From an uncultured Pseudobdellovibrionaceae bacterium (GTDB lineage: Bacteria > Bdellovibrionota > FAC87 > UBA2466): 64,000 nt of DNA. The position numbers and the translations under genes were made by a program. Below the pieces are notes generated by a model. It did not search any database. It was not told the origin of the DNA and was given only the letters and a program-made list of their open reading frames with translations. Each line of letters begins with the position of its first letter. Position 1 is the first letter of the stretch. Positions 10,295 through 18,975 of the stretch are shown here, one piece after another. Location of the stretch: NCBI GenBank assembly GCA_964653655.1, contig CAZZHG010000012.1:1116-65115 (forward strand). Reading direction: 5' to 3'.

Positions 10295-10999
10295 TCAGGG
10301 CTCTCGGGTAGAGGCGAAAAGCGCGAGCTGGGTGAGCATTTTTTCGCGTACGATTTCCATCAGCTCATCGACGGATTTGTCGGCGACCGAGATCGGAGGC
10401 ATCGCAATCAGCCTCACCCTTCCCGGCTTCAAAGTGCGGGTGGCCAGATTGGCGATTTGCTCGAGCGGCTCGCTGACCGCGACGACGATGTCGGCGCCCG
10501 CTTCCTTTGCCATGTGAAAGGCGCCCTTCTTGAAAGGCAGAAGTCCCTTACCGGCCCGGTTTCGCGTTCCTTCCGGCATGATACCGACGGCGAGCTTTTT
10601 CTTCTTCAAGTGGGCCGCCGCTTCCGAAAGAACGTTTACCGCCTCGTCCCGTTTCTTGCGGTTGATTAGAAAGCCCCCCGACAGAAGAAAATACCAGCCG
10701 ATGAGCGGCATGTAGACGAGCTCACGCTTGGCGATGCCGGTGCACCGATCGGGGATGTATTTTCCGAAGGTCGCGAAGTCGAAAGCGCTCTGATGGTTTC
10801 CGACGATGACGCAGGGGCGCGTGATGCCCATGTTCTCTTTGCCTTCCATGACGGCGTCGATTCCGGCGATCTTCAAAACCCCCGTCGAAACGAAGCGGAC
10901 CCACCGGGAAAAGGCGTTCGGCACCCAGAAGAAAGGAAAAAGCAGGAAGGTCGCGAGTACCGACCAGAGGCACATCAGGGAAAGCTTGATGTAAAACAT
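10295..10999 (-). CDS. plsC: 1-acyl-sn-glycerol-3-phosphate acyltransferase
   Basis: NHQSAFD (HX4D), AKREL, INRKKR, MPEGTRN, PFKKGAF; start MFYIK at 10999. Confidence 0.92.
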   Translation of the reverse strand: MFYIKLSLMCLWSVLATFLLFPFFWVPNAFSRWVRFVSTGVLKIAGIDAVMEGKENMGITRPCVIVGNHQSAFDFATFGKYIPDRCTGIAKRELVYMPLIGWYFLLSGGFLINRKKRDEAVNVLSEAAAHLKKKKLAVGIMPEGTRNRAGKGLLPFKKGAFHMAKEAGADIVVAVSEPLEQIANLATRTLKPGRVRLIAMPPISVADKSVDELMEIVREKMLTQLALFASTREP

Positions 11000-11029
11000 C
11001 GAAGCTCCTACCCTACTCTTGGACGGCCC

Positions 11030-11218
11030 ATGGAGCAAACGGAGCATACATTCACCTGCCCCTATTGTTGGGAAGCCATTTCCATGGTCCTAGACACGTC
11101 GGATCCCGGCAGCCAGACCTATGTCGAGGACTGCGAGAACTGCTGCCATCCCATCAAAATCGAGTATTCCGCCGAGGCGGGGGAGCTTCTCTCCTTTCAA
11201 GCGGACCGGGCACAGTAG
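11030..11218 (+). CDS. CPXCG-motif cysteine-rich small protein
   Basis: MEQTEHTFTCPYCWE...YVEDCENCCHPI (62 aa), the C-terminal part of track ORF 10793..11218. Confidence 0.85.
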   Translation: MEQTEHTFTCPYCWEAISMVLDTSDPGSQTYVEDCENCCHPIKIEYSAEAGELLSFQADRAQ

Positions 11219-11230
11219 TAAATTGTCCGG

Positions 11231-12322
11231 ATGCATCCGTCCTGGCGGTTTCTGCTAAAGCTGCTCGCTCTAAACCTCATCGTCGTGGGAGGGTTTTTCG
11301 CCTACCGCCAGCTCGCCTTCCGCGGTCCAATCCACATGCCCCAGCCCCTCCCCATGGGAGCAATCGTGGACAACCACGTCCACGCGGCGGGGCTCGGCGA
11401 AGACGGAAGCGGCTGCTACGTTTCGGAAGCCATCAAGGACAGCTACAAGCTCACGGAGTACCTGAAGGCGTTCGGCGCCACCCGCGAGGATTTGAAAAAA
11501 TACGGGGACCGCTACTCCATCGAGAAAATCGCAAAGTGGGTGGAGGGATCGGCTACCGTGAAGCAGGCGGTAGTACTCGCGGTGGACGGCGCCGTCGACG
11601 AGAAGGGCGAACTCGATCTAAAGAACACCGAGTTCTACGTTCCGAACGAGTTCGTGTTAAGGGAAACGAAGAAATACCCTCGGCTCAAATGGGGGGCGAG
11701 CATCAACCCCCTCAGAAAAGACGCCATCGAGCGGCTCGACGCCGCGAAGGCGGACGGCGCGGTGCTGATCAAGTGGCTTCCGCCGATTCAGGGATTCGAT
11801 CCGGCGAACCCGAAGCTCACGGAGTTCTACGTGAGGATGCGTTACCACGAGCTTCCGCTGCTTAGCCACACCGGACAGGAAAGATCCTTCACCCGGGCGG
11901 ACGACTCGTTCGCGGATCCGCGGAAGCTAAAACTTGCGCTCAATCTGGGCGTCACGGTGATCGCGGCGCACGCGGCGACGACCGGTGAAACGGACGGGCG
12001 CGAGAATATCGACTGGCTTCTCGAGATGCTTCCCGTCTACCCGAATCTATACGCGGATATTTCGAGCCTCACGCAAATCAACAAGCTCGGGTATCTGCGA
12101 AAGCTGCTTCTCGACAAGCGCAGCCGGGGAAAGCTCATCTACGGATCCGACTTTCCGCTCTCCAATACGAAGCTCGTTTCTCCGTACTACTTCCCGCTCG
12201 ATCTGACCTGGGCCATGATGCGCAAGCTCGCCGGCATCGAGAACCCTTTCGACCGCGATGTCGCCCTGAAACAAGCGCTCGGCGTTCCCGCGGAAGTCTT
12301 CACCCACCCTCTCGGAAAATAG
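11231..12322 (+). CDS. Amidohydrolase family 2 protein
   Basis: DNHVH, IKWLP, LSHTG, IAAHA, LYADISS, YGSDFP. Confidence 0.88.
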   Translation: MHPSWRFLLKLLALNLIVVGGFFAYRQLAFRGPIHMPQPLPMGAIVDNHVHAAGLGEDGSGCYVSEAIKDSYKLTEYLKAFGATREDLKKYGDRYSIEKIAKWVEGSATVKQAVVLAVDGAVDEKGELDLKNTEFYVPNEFVLRETKKYPRLKWGASINPLRKDAIERLDAAKADGAVLIKWLPPIQGFDPANPKLTEFYVRMRYHELPLLSHTGQERSFTRADDSFADPRKLKLALNLGVTVIAAHAATTGETDGRENIDWLLEMLPVYPNLYADISSLTQINKLGYLRKLLLDKRSRGKLIYGSDFPLSNTKLVSPYYFPLDLTWAMMRKLAGIENPFDRDVALKQALGVPAEVFTHPLGK

Positions 12323-12484
12323 CTCTCACCGGGTTAAAATTGTCCCCTTAGGTCGAGTTGCGGAACGTTTTTGAGCGTGGCAAATTGACCTCGAAACCGG
12401 TCTTTTTTGGGGGGCTTTCTTCGGGCGGGTGCCCGGTTATTTTCCCTGAATCCGACCACTAGAAAAAGGACTCCCGGAGCTTCC

Positions 12485-13039
12485 ATGGGTAAGAAAATCT
12501 ACGTGGGCAACCTGCCCTTCTCCATGAGCGACTCGTCGCTCGAACAGCTGTTCACCCCCTTTGGCTCGGTTCAATCGGTTCGGATTATCACCGACCGTGC
12601 GACCGGCCGCTCGAAAGGATTCGGATTCGTCGAGATGTCGTCGGATGAGGAAGCCGAAAACGCCATCAAAAACCTGGACGGCGTTTCCAATGAAGGCCGC
12701 AACCTGAAGGTGAGCGAAGCCCGCCCGATGGAAGAGCGCGGCGGGGGAGGCGGCGGTGGCCGCGGCGGATATAGCAGCGGAGGACGCGGAGGTGGCGGCG
12801 GAGGCGGATACGGCGGTGGTGGCCGGGATGACTACGGCAACAGCGGCGGCGGCGGTTACGGTGGTGGTGGAGGCGGTGGTGGCGGCGGAAGCTACGGCGG
12901 CGGTGGTGGTGGTGGCCGCGGCGGTGGCGGCCGGGATCGCGATCGCGGAGGCCGAGGCGGCGGTGGTGGTGGCCGCGGCGGTGGCGGCGGTGGTTATGGT
13001 GGCGGTGGTGGCGGCGGAAGAGACGACGACTTCTACTGA
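12485..13039 (+). CDS. RRM RNA-binding protein with long Gly/Arg/Tyr-rich tail
   Basis: RNP2 IYVGNL and RNP1 KGFGFVEM; about 100 aa of poly-Gly/RGG; start MGKKIY at 12485. Confidence 0.93.
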   Translation: MGKKIYVGNLPFSMSDSSLEQLFTPFGSVQSVRIITDRATGRSKGFGFVEMSSDEEAENAIKNLDGVSNEGRNLKVSEARPMEERGGGGGGGRGGYSSGGRGGGGGGGYGGGGRDDYGNSGGGGYGGGGGGGGGGSYGGGGGGGRGGGGRDRDRGGRGGGGGGRGGGGGGYGGGGGGGRDDDFY

Positions 13040-13067
13040 GTCCCGTCCCACGAAACGAAATTCAACG

Positions 13068-13105
13068 ACGGCCTGCTCCGAAAGGAGCGGGCCGTTTTAT
13101 TTTTC
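13068..13105 (+). terminator. Rho-independent terminator
   Basis: ACGGCCTGCTCC-GAAA-GGAGCGGGCCGT followed by TTTATTTTTCTT. Confidence 0.85.
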
Positions 13106-13306
13106 TTAAACGGGACGAGTGGCGGGCAAACGTTTTTGGTGTTCGTTCCAGCGGAACGCGCTGAGGATTTTGATCTCGGATCCCAACCGCCGCTTGGCAA
13201 GATTTTTTGCGCGGCGCTTATCAAGGGCACGAACGCGGATGGTCTGTTTGATCTCTCCGCGGTGATACGTAATGACGAACAGATGATAATTGCCGGCGGT
13301 AGCCAT
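13106..13306 (-). CDS. Small basic hypothetical protein (66 aa)
   Basis: MATAGNYHLFVITYHRGEIK...; GAGG about 10 nt upstream; 17 nt after the alkD-like stop on the same strand. Confidence 0.5.
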   Translation of the reverse strand: MATAGNYHLFVITYHRGEIKQTIRVRALDKRRAKNLAKRRLGSEIKILSAFRWNEHQKRLPATRPV

Positions 13307-13323
13307 GGTGTAGGACCTCGTCG

Positions 13324-14025
13324 TTACCGGGACATGTAGTGCCGGCGGATCTTTTCGGGAAAATGCTCCAACGCATAACGGAGCATTGTGCGCGGCATTC
13401 GCTTCGCATGGAGATCCAAGAAAGCGATCTCGGCACTGCGATCTTTCTTGCCGACTTCCCGGAGCATCCAACCGACGGCTTTGTGGATGAGATCATGTTC
13501 GTCGCCGAGGAGCAACTTGGAAATTTTCAGAGTGTCGTCAAAGCTGCCTTTACGAATGAAAGCTTGCGTCGAAAGAATGGAAATGCGCCGCTCCCACAAA
13601 AGTTTCGACCCGCTCCACTTGTAGAGCTGAGCCCGATCTCTTTCCTGAAGGTAAGCGCCCACGATTTGCGGAGCGCTCGTATCGACGAGATCCCAGTTAT
13701 TGATCCATTTCGTCGAGCGGCAATAGACCTTGTAGACGGAAGCCTGAGTCGCCTTGTCCCCTTTGTTGAACTTGTGAATCAAAACGAAGAGCGCGATGAG
13801 CCGCTCCTCGTGAAAAGGCGAGTGAAGCAGCTCTTCGGCTTCCGAAAGAGAAAGCTCCTTGTAGTGTTTCTTCGCGAGGAGCCGGCTTTTTGGAACGATG
13901 ACGCCCAGAAGCTTGTCCCCCTCGCCGTACTCGCCGGGCCCCGACTTGAAAAAGCGCATCAGGAACTTGGCCTTTTCCGGATCGGCCTGGGCACGTATGT
14001 CTTTTTTGAGGGCGGCTAAAGACAT
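13324..14025 (-). CDS. DNA alkylation repair protein (AlkD-like HEAT repeat family)
   Basis: FFKSGPGEYGEGD, HEERLIAL, NNWDLVD, WERR, DLIHKAVGWMLREVGK, MPRTMLRYA; TAATG coupling to fabH. Confidence 0.9.
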   Translation of the reverse strand: MSLAALKKDIRAQADPEKAKFLMRFFKSGPGEYGEGDKLLGVIVPKSRLLAKKHYKELSLSEAEELLHSPFHEERLIALFVLIHKFNKGDKATQASVYKVYCRSTKWINNWDLVDTSAPQIVGAYLQERDRAQLYKWSGSKLLWERRISILSTQAFIRKGSFDDTLKISKLLLGDEHDLIHKAVGWMLREVGKKDRSAEIAFLDLHAKRMPRTMLRYALEHFPEKIRRHYMSR

Positions 14026-15032
14026 TAGTAGCGCATCACCGCCGAGGCCCACGTGAAACCACTGCCGAAAGCGGCCATGGCGACCCGCATGCCGGGTTTT
14101 AATTTCCCCGCCTTGATCGCGTCGTCCATGCCGAGCGGAAGGGTCGCCGCCGTAGTGTTGCCGTACTTCTGGATCGTGTTGAAGACTTTGTCCCAAGGAA
14201 TCTGCAGCTGCTGAGCTACGGCCTCGTTGATGCGAAGATTCGCCTGATGAAAGAGAAACAGGTCGATGTCCTTCAGCCCCAGCTGATTCGCCTGAAGACC
14301 TTCGGCGATGACCTCCGACATGCGGCGCACGGCGGAAGTAAAAACTTTTTTCCCGTTCATCTTCGGATAGTGGAGCCCCTCGTCGAGCATTTTCTGGGAC
14401 ATGCGCTCCGCCCCGTTGGCGCAGCCCGGGGCGGGCAGACAGAGCTCATCGGCAAAAGAGCCTTCGGCGTGCAAGTGCGTCGAGTAAACAAAGGAGTCCT
14501 TCGCGGAATCTTTCACCTCGGCCCGGCTGACGACGACCGCACCCGCCCCGTCGCCAAAGAGCACCGTCACGTCGCGCCCGCGCGTGGACTTATCGAGTCC
14601 CGTCGAATGGATTTCCGAGCCGACGAGCAAAATGTTTTTGTACATGCCGCTCCTGATGAACTGATCGGCGATCGACAAGCCGTACAAAAATCCCGAGCAC
14701 TGCTGGCGGATGTCGAGGGCGGGCACGCCGGGCAACCCCAGCTTCGCCTGAAGGTAGCAGCCGGTGCCCGGGAAATCGTGATCCGGGCTCAGCGTCGCAA
14801 AGACAATCAGATCGATTTGCGACTTATCGAGCTTCGCGGCGGCGAGCGCGCGCTGAGTAGCTTGCAACGCCAAATCGGAACAGGTTTCCCCTTCCGACCA
14901 GCGGCGCTCCTCGATACCGGTGCGCTGGCGGATCCACTCGTCCGAGGTGTCCATGAATTTCTTCAGATCGTCGTTGGTCACCACGCGGGACGGGACGTAA
15001 GAGCCAACGCCGGTAATACGGCTTCGAATCAT
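14025..15032 (-). CDS. fabH: 3-oxoacyl-ACP synthase III
   Basis: TSDEWIRQRTGI, catalytic QCSGF, LFGDGAGA, HQAN, YGNTTAA, FGSGFTW. Confidence 0.95.
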   Translation of the reverse strand: MIRSRITGVGSYVPSRVVTNDDLKKFMDTSDEWIRQRTGIEERRWSEGETCSDLALQATQRALAAAKLDKSQIDLIVFATLSPDHDFPGTGCYLQAKLGLPGVPALDIRQQCSGFLYGLSIADQFIRSGMYKNILLVGSEIHSTGLDKSTRGRDVTVLFGDGAGAVVVSRAEVKDSAKDSFVYSTHLHAEGSFADELCLPAPGCANGAERMSQKMLDEGLHYPKMNGKKVFTSAVRRMSEVIAEGLQANQLGLKDIDLFLFHQANLRINEAVAQQLQIPWDKVFNTIQKYGNTTAATLPLGMDDAIKAGKLKPGMRVAMAAFGSGFTWASAVMRY

Positions 15033-15109
15033 AGGAGTCTTCCTCTGAAAGAAAAAATCCTACCAAAGAGAGGTTTTCTTGTCTCGGGGGTGTTTGATAG
15101 GGTCCGCCC

Positions 15110-15826
15110 ATGTGGGAAACCATCCGAAACGGCAACGTGGACATCACCGCTTACCTGGCCAAGCCATCGGGCAAGGGGACCTTTCCGGCGGTAGTCGTGC
15201 TCCAGGAAATCTTCGGGCTGAACGCGCATATAAGGGATACGGCGGATCGGCTGGCCGCGGCCGGATTCGTGGCTCTCGCCCCGGCGCTCTTTCAGCGCAC
15301 CGCTCCCGGCCTCGATATTGGTTACAGCCCGGAGGACATAAAGCTCGGGCGCTCCCACAAGGATCAGACGACGGCCCCGCAGCTACTATCCGATCTGGAC
15401 GCGTCGATAGCGTTTCTCGAAGAACGCCCTGACGTGCACCCCGGAAAAGTGGGCTGCATCGGATTTTGTTTCGGCGGCCACGTGGCGTTTCTCGCGGCGA
15501 CTCTTCCGAAAGTCGCGGCCACCGCTTCCTTCTATGGAACCAATATCCCGGTGAACACTCCCGGAGGCGGCTCCCCCACGATCACGCGGGCAAAAGACAT
15601 CAAGGGCGAGATTGAGCTGTTCTTCGGAACGAAAGACGCCTCGATTCCGGCGGAGCACGTTTCGCAAATCGAAGACGCTTTGAAAGACGCGGGGGTACCG
15701 CATGCAATCCACCGCTATCCAGCGGGCCACGGCTTCTTCTGCAACTACCGATCGGATTACGACAAACCCAGCGCGGAAGACGCGTGGGAAAAAGTGGTTC
15801 GCCTATTCAAACGAACTCTGGATTAG
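15110..15826 (+). CDS. Dienelactone hydrolase family protein
   Basis: QEIFGLN, GFCFGG nucleophile elbow, YPAGHGF. Confidence 0.92.
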   Translation: MWETIRNGNVDITAYLAKPSGKGTFPAVVVLQEIFGLNAHIRDTADRLAAAGFVALAPALFQRTAPGLDIGYSPEDIKLGRSHKDQTTAPQLLSDLDASIAFLEERPDVHPGKVGCIGFCFGGHVAFLAATLPKVAATASFYGTNIPVNTPGGGSPTITRAKDIKGEIELFFGTKDASIPAEHVSQIEDALKDAGVPHAIHRYPAGHGFFCNYRSDYDKPSAEDAWEKVVRLFKRTLD

Positions 15827-16955
15827 TCCTTAACCCCAATGCTCGGCGAACTCGCGAAAGAGTTCGCACCGCAATATGTCGCGCCCTCAACGCACCATCT
15901 TCTAAGATTTGATCCAACTGGTTCCTGTCATTAATCAAGGCATCGTATTTTTGGCGGAACGGTGCAAGCTCTCTATCCATTGCCGTAAACAAACGCTCCT
16001 TCGCGTAGCCCCAACCCAGGCCCTTGCGAAGATCCGCTCGCATAGACGCCAACTCTTCACTGGTGGCGAAGTATTTATATAACTGGAAGACGATTGAACT
16101 GTCCGGATCCTTGGGTGCACTCTCCGGCGAGGGATCGGTCTTGATCTTCATCACTAATTTACGCAGTTTCGACGAATCCAAGAATATTGGGATAGTGTTT
16201 TGATAACTCTTGCTCATCTTTTGACCATCCAAGCCAGGAACAGTCTGTGGATGAAGCACCCCCGGCAGAGGCATTCTCAAAGTATCGTGCGCTCTGGTTT
16301 CCATGACCTCCCCCAGCGTGGAGAACAACGTCATCCCCTCGAAACGCGCATTCGATAGAACCTCCGGCGGAACACTCTGCGGCTGTAGGAAATCCCCATT
16401 AGGCGAGTTTTTTCGGCAGTGAGCGTTGAGCTTTTGGACAATATCGCGCGCGATTTCTAAGTGCTGAATTTGATCTGGTCCCACCGGAACAATGCTCGCA
16501 TTAAAAAGCACTATGTCAGCGGCCATTAGGACGGGATAAGAGTACAACCCAAAGTTCACGCCTTGATCGGGATCTCTGTTGGCGTTCAGATTTTCCGCCT
16601 GTTTGCTCTTATAAGCGTGCGCCCGATTTACCCAGCCCTTCTCCGTGAAACAAGACAATATCCACGCAAGCTCGAAGGTCTCGGGAACATCAGACTGACG
16701 ATAAACAATCGTTCGTTCCGGTCTCGTACCTAATGCTAACCAGGAAGCGGCCACTTCATAAGTCTGGTTTCGCAACTCGGATGCATCCGGAGTCGATGTC
16801 ATCGCGTGATAGTCCGCGATGAACAGAAGGCTCTTCACTGTTGCCGCGGAATGGTTCGCAAGCTCTATCGCGGGCCGGATTGCACCAATGTAGTTACCGA
16901 TATGCGGAGTCCCAGTGGGCTTAACTCCAGTAAGGATCGTAAATGGAGCGATCAT
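15807..16955 (-). CDS. trpS: Tryptophan--tRNA ligase (low-GC gene, internal insertion)
   Basis: TGVKPTGTPHIGN, ADYHA, YPVLMAADI, VPVGPDQIQH, KMSKS. Confidence 0.93.
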   Translation of the reverse strand: MIAPFTILTGVKPTGTPHIGNYIGAIRPAIELANHSAATVKSLLFIADYHAMTSTPDASELRNQTYEVAASWLALGTRPERTIVYRQSDVPETFELAWILSCFTEKGWVNRAHAYKSKQAENLNANRDPDQGVNFGLYSYPVLMAADIVLFNASIVPVGPDQIQHLEIARDIVQKLNAHCRKNSPNGDFLQPQSVPPEVLSNARFEGMTLFSTLGEVMETRAHDTLRMPLPGVLHPQTVPGLDGQKMSKSYQNTIPIFLDSSKLRKLVMKIKTDPSPESAPKDPDSSIVFQLYKYFATSEELASMRADLRKGLGWGYAKERLFTAMDRELAPFRQKYDALINDRNQLDQILEDGALRARHIAVRTLSRVRRALGLRTNPEFV

Positions 16956-17014
16956 TTCTCAAATATAGCTGTGGATGTGTGGTCAGGCATAGACCAACTT
17001 GACTCGCCTCCCCG

Positions 17015-17422
17015 TTGTTTGGGACGAAGGGCTCCGTGCAAAGAGATTGGAAAAGCGAACTGCAAACAGTGGCCCGCGAAGTAGGATGTGAAGCCGTTGC
17101 CGTCTATTGCAACGCGCCAGAGGACGAGGTCACAAAGCTTGTCGCCCACGTCGGCGAGGAGCCGAGGCTTTCGTGTCCTTTCGGAGTGACCCCGCTGGGC
17201 GAGTGCGCCGCCGGAGGCCCGGCTATCCACCGGGAGGTGAAAAATACAAAGGAATTCAAATACCACAGCCACATCTATCTACCGCTGGACTCCCAAGGGA
17301 AGCGGGTGGGGGTGGCTTGGTTCGCCGCCGTCAAACCGGGCTTTTTTGACGATTTGGAGGCGGTAAAAAGGGCACACGACTGTATCCAATGTCTCACTTT
17401 TGAGTGCGTGGATTCCCGCTAG
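17015..17422 (+). CDS. Stand-alone GAF-like domain protein
   Basis: TTG start; CPFGVTPLGECAA and SHIYLPLDSQGKRVGV...PGFFD resemble GAF core strands. Confidence 0.5.
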   Translation: MFGTKGSVQRDWKSELQTVAREVGCEAVAVYCNAPEDEVTKLVAHVGEEPRLSCPFGVTPLGECAAGGPAIHREVKNTKEFKYHSHIYLPLDSQGKRVGVAWFAAVKPGFFDDLEAVKRAHDCIQCLTFECVDSR

Positions 17423-17502
17423 TGCCAATGGCACTTGACTCATCGTATTAAAAATCACTAAATGCGCCCAACTTATTAACCCCTCTTTCTTGGAGGTCTC
17501 TC

Positions 17503-18150
17503 ATGTTCAATCGTTTCAATACCGCCCTCGTCGCGGCCTTCTTGGTGGTCGTGGCGCCGGCGTTCGGCAAAGACGTCACCAAACAAGCTCGCAGCAACGA
17601 TGTCGCTAGCCAGTACACCCTCGATGACCGCGGCAACTTCTTCCGCCAGGTCGGCCGCAATAAGTGCCAGATCACGAACGACGTCGAAGACTTCAAAGTC
17701 TCGCAGCACCCGAACGACGTCGCGATGGTTTACTTCATCAAGAAGCGCGACCTTTACGTTCTGCACAACACCGTCCGCACGGGTAACTGCCCGAAGGCGA
17801 GCACGAAGGTTCTACAGAACAACATCGCAAAGAAGCACGGCGACTACCGCTACAGCGTCGTCTCCAACACGGACACCACGATTGTGAACGTTGCCCTCGG
17901 CGAAAACGGCCGCTTCACGGCTTGGGACGACACGAAGCTCGTGCTCGACCAGAGCCGCGTCGCGGACTACACGATGCACGGCAAGTTCGGCGTGAAGGGC
18001 GCGCCCTTCAGCAGCTACGCTCTCTTCCTCATCAATGAGACCGGCAACGTGCTCAAGGTGAAGGGTAACAACCCGGCCGGGTCCCTGTGGGACACGAGCG
18101 AGCGGTTCCTCGACCTCGCGGAATTCAAGGCTAAGTACAAGATTCAGTAA
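17503..18150 (+). CDS. Secreted hypothetical beta-rich protein
   Basis: GGAGG RBS, signal peptide ending APAFG, strongly C-ending codons, own terminator. Confidence 0.8.
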   Translation: MFNRFNTALVAAFLVVVAPAFGKDVTKQARSNDVASQYTLDDRGNFFRQVGRNKCQITNDVEDFKVSQHPNDVAMVYFIKKRDLYVLHNTVRTGNCPKASTKVLQNNIAKKHGDYRYSVVSNTDTTIVNVALGENGRFTAWDDTKLVLDQSRVADYTMHGKFGVKGAPFSSYALFLINETGNVLKVKGNNPAGSLWDTSERFLDLAEFKAKYKIQ

Positions 18151-18175
18151 TAGCCTTATCCAAGTTCATCGAGAG

Positions 18176-18212
18176 ATCCCCCGGTGCCTCTGGCATCGGG
18201 GGATTTTTCTTT
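18176..18212 (+). terminator. Rho-independent terminator
   Basis: ATCCCCCGGTGCC-TCT-GGCATCGGGGGAT followed by TTTTCTTTT. Confidence 0.85.
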
Positions 18213-18300
18213 TCCGGAAGGCTTCCTCGGCCACTGTCAGTATTCAGGCACGGGCGATTTTCAAGTGCTCGGATCTCCGCCGCAATTCGGATCTTAAAGA

Positions 18301-18329
18301 CTGTCTAAGATTTAGACAGGTGTCTAAGA
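18301..18329. promoter_or_regulatory. Candidate operator: 8-3-8 inverted repeat plus a third half-site
   Basis: CTGTCTAA-GAT-TTAGACAG (18301-18319); TGTCTAAGA repeated at 18302 and 18321. Confidence 0.5.
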
Positions 18330-18450
18330 AGTTACGTCTGTAAACGGGGTCGACACGCCTGGGACCCCATGGCACACGCGTTGCTCTACTCCCCGTCCGA
18401 AGAGGCCGCGTTTCGACGGGAAGTCGGAGCAGTGGAAAGAACTTTGTTTC

Positions 18451-18888
18451 ATGGGGGTTAGTGTGAGGACGAGCGGTTTGTGTAGATGGATGATGGCGAT
18501 TGGGTTGGCTCTGTTTACGTCCCTGGACGCGCAAGCGCAGGTCGGCGTGAACGTTCAAGGGCCTAACGGCCAAGTCGTGGTTCAGACGGGCGGCATGCAT
18601 GCCGGTCCCGGCGGAGTTTACGGAAATCCGATGTACGGTCCCGGCTACGGCCGCGGAGTACGCGTGCACGTTCACGCGCGCGGACGTTGCGGAAGATTCG
18701 GTTGCCGGGTTCGCGTTCGCGGCCGTTGCGGCGGCGGCGGATGCGGCGGATTCGCCCGCGGCGGAATGGTTCGCGGCGGTTGCGCCGGCGGCGGATGCGG
18801 CATGCCCAGCCGGCGTGGCTTCGCGGTGGTCCGGTTCGGCGGCGGCTGTGGCCCGCGCCGTGGCGGATGCGGCTCGCGCTGCTTCTAA
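18451..18888 (+). CDS. Secreted Gly/Arg/Cys-rich small protein
   Basis: Signal peptide ending AQA; cationic C-terminal half with 9 Cys; followed by a terminator. Confidence 0.65.
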   Translation: MGVSVRTSGLCRWMMAIGLALFTSLDAQAQVGVNVQGPNGQVVVQTGGMHAGPGGVYGNPMYGPGYGRGVRVHVHARGRCGRFGCRVRVRGRCGGGGCGGFARGGMVRGGCAGGGCGMPSRRGFAVVRFGGGCGPRRGGCGSRCF

Positions 18889-18917
18889 GAGTTAGAGAGA
18901 GAGAAGAGAAAAATAAG

Positions 18918-18957
18918 ACGGCCTACCTTCTTGCGAAGGTAGGCCGTGCTTTTTTTA
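18918..18957. terminator. Bidirectional terminator between convergent genes
   Basis: ACGGCCTACCTTC-TTGC-GAAGGTAGGCCGT with A-rich left flank and T7 right flank. Confidence 0.85.
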
Positions 18958-18975
18958 GCAACTTTTAACGGGCGA

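Noticed and set aside
12730-13030. CRISPR array or microsatellite in the GGT/GGC tract
   Set aside because: It is in-frame poly-glycine coding sequence with no repeat-spacer structure and no cas genes.
16780-16830. trpS as an indolmycin-resistance allele
   Set aside because: The ADYHA motif retains the His whose substitution is associated with resistance, and no producer-type cluster is adjacent.
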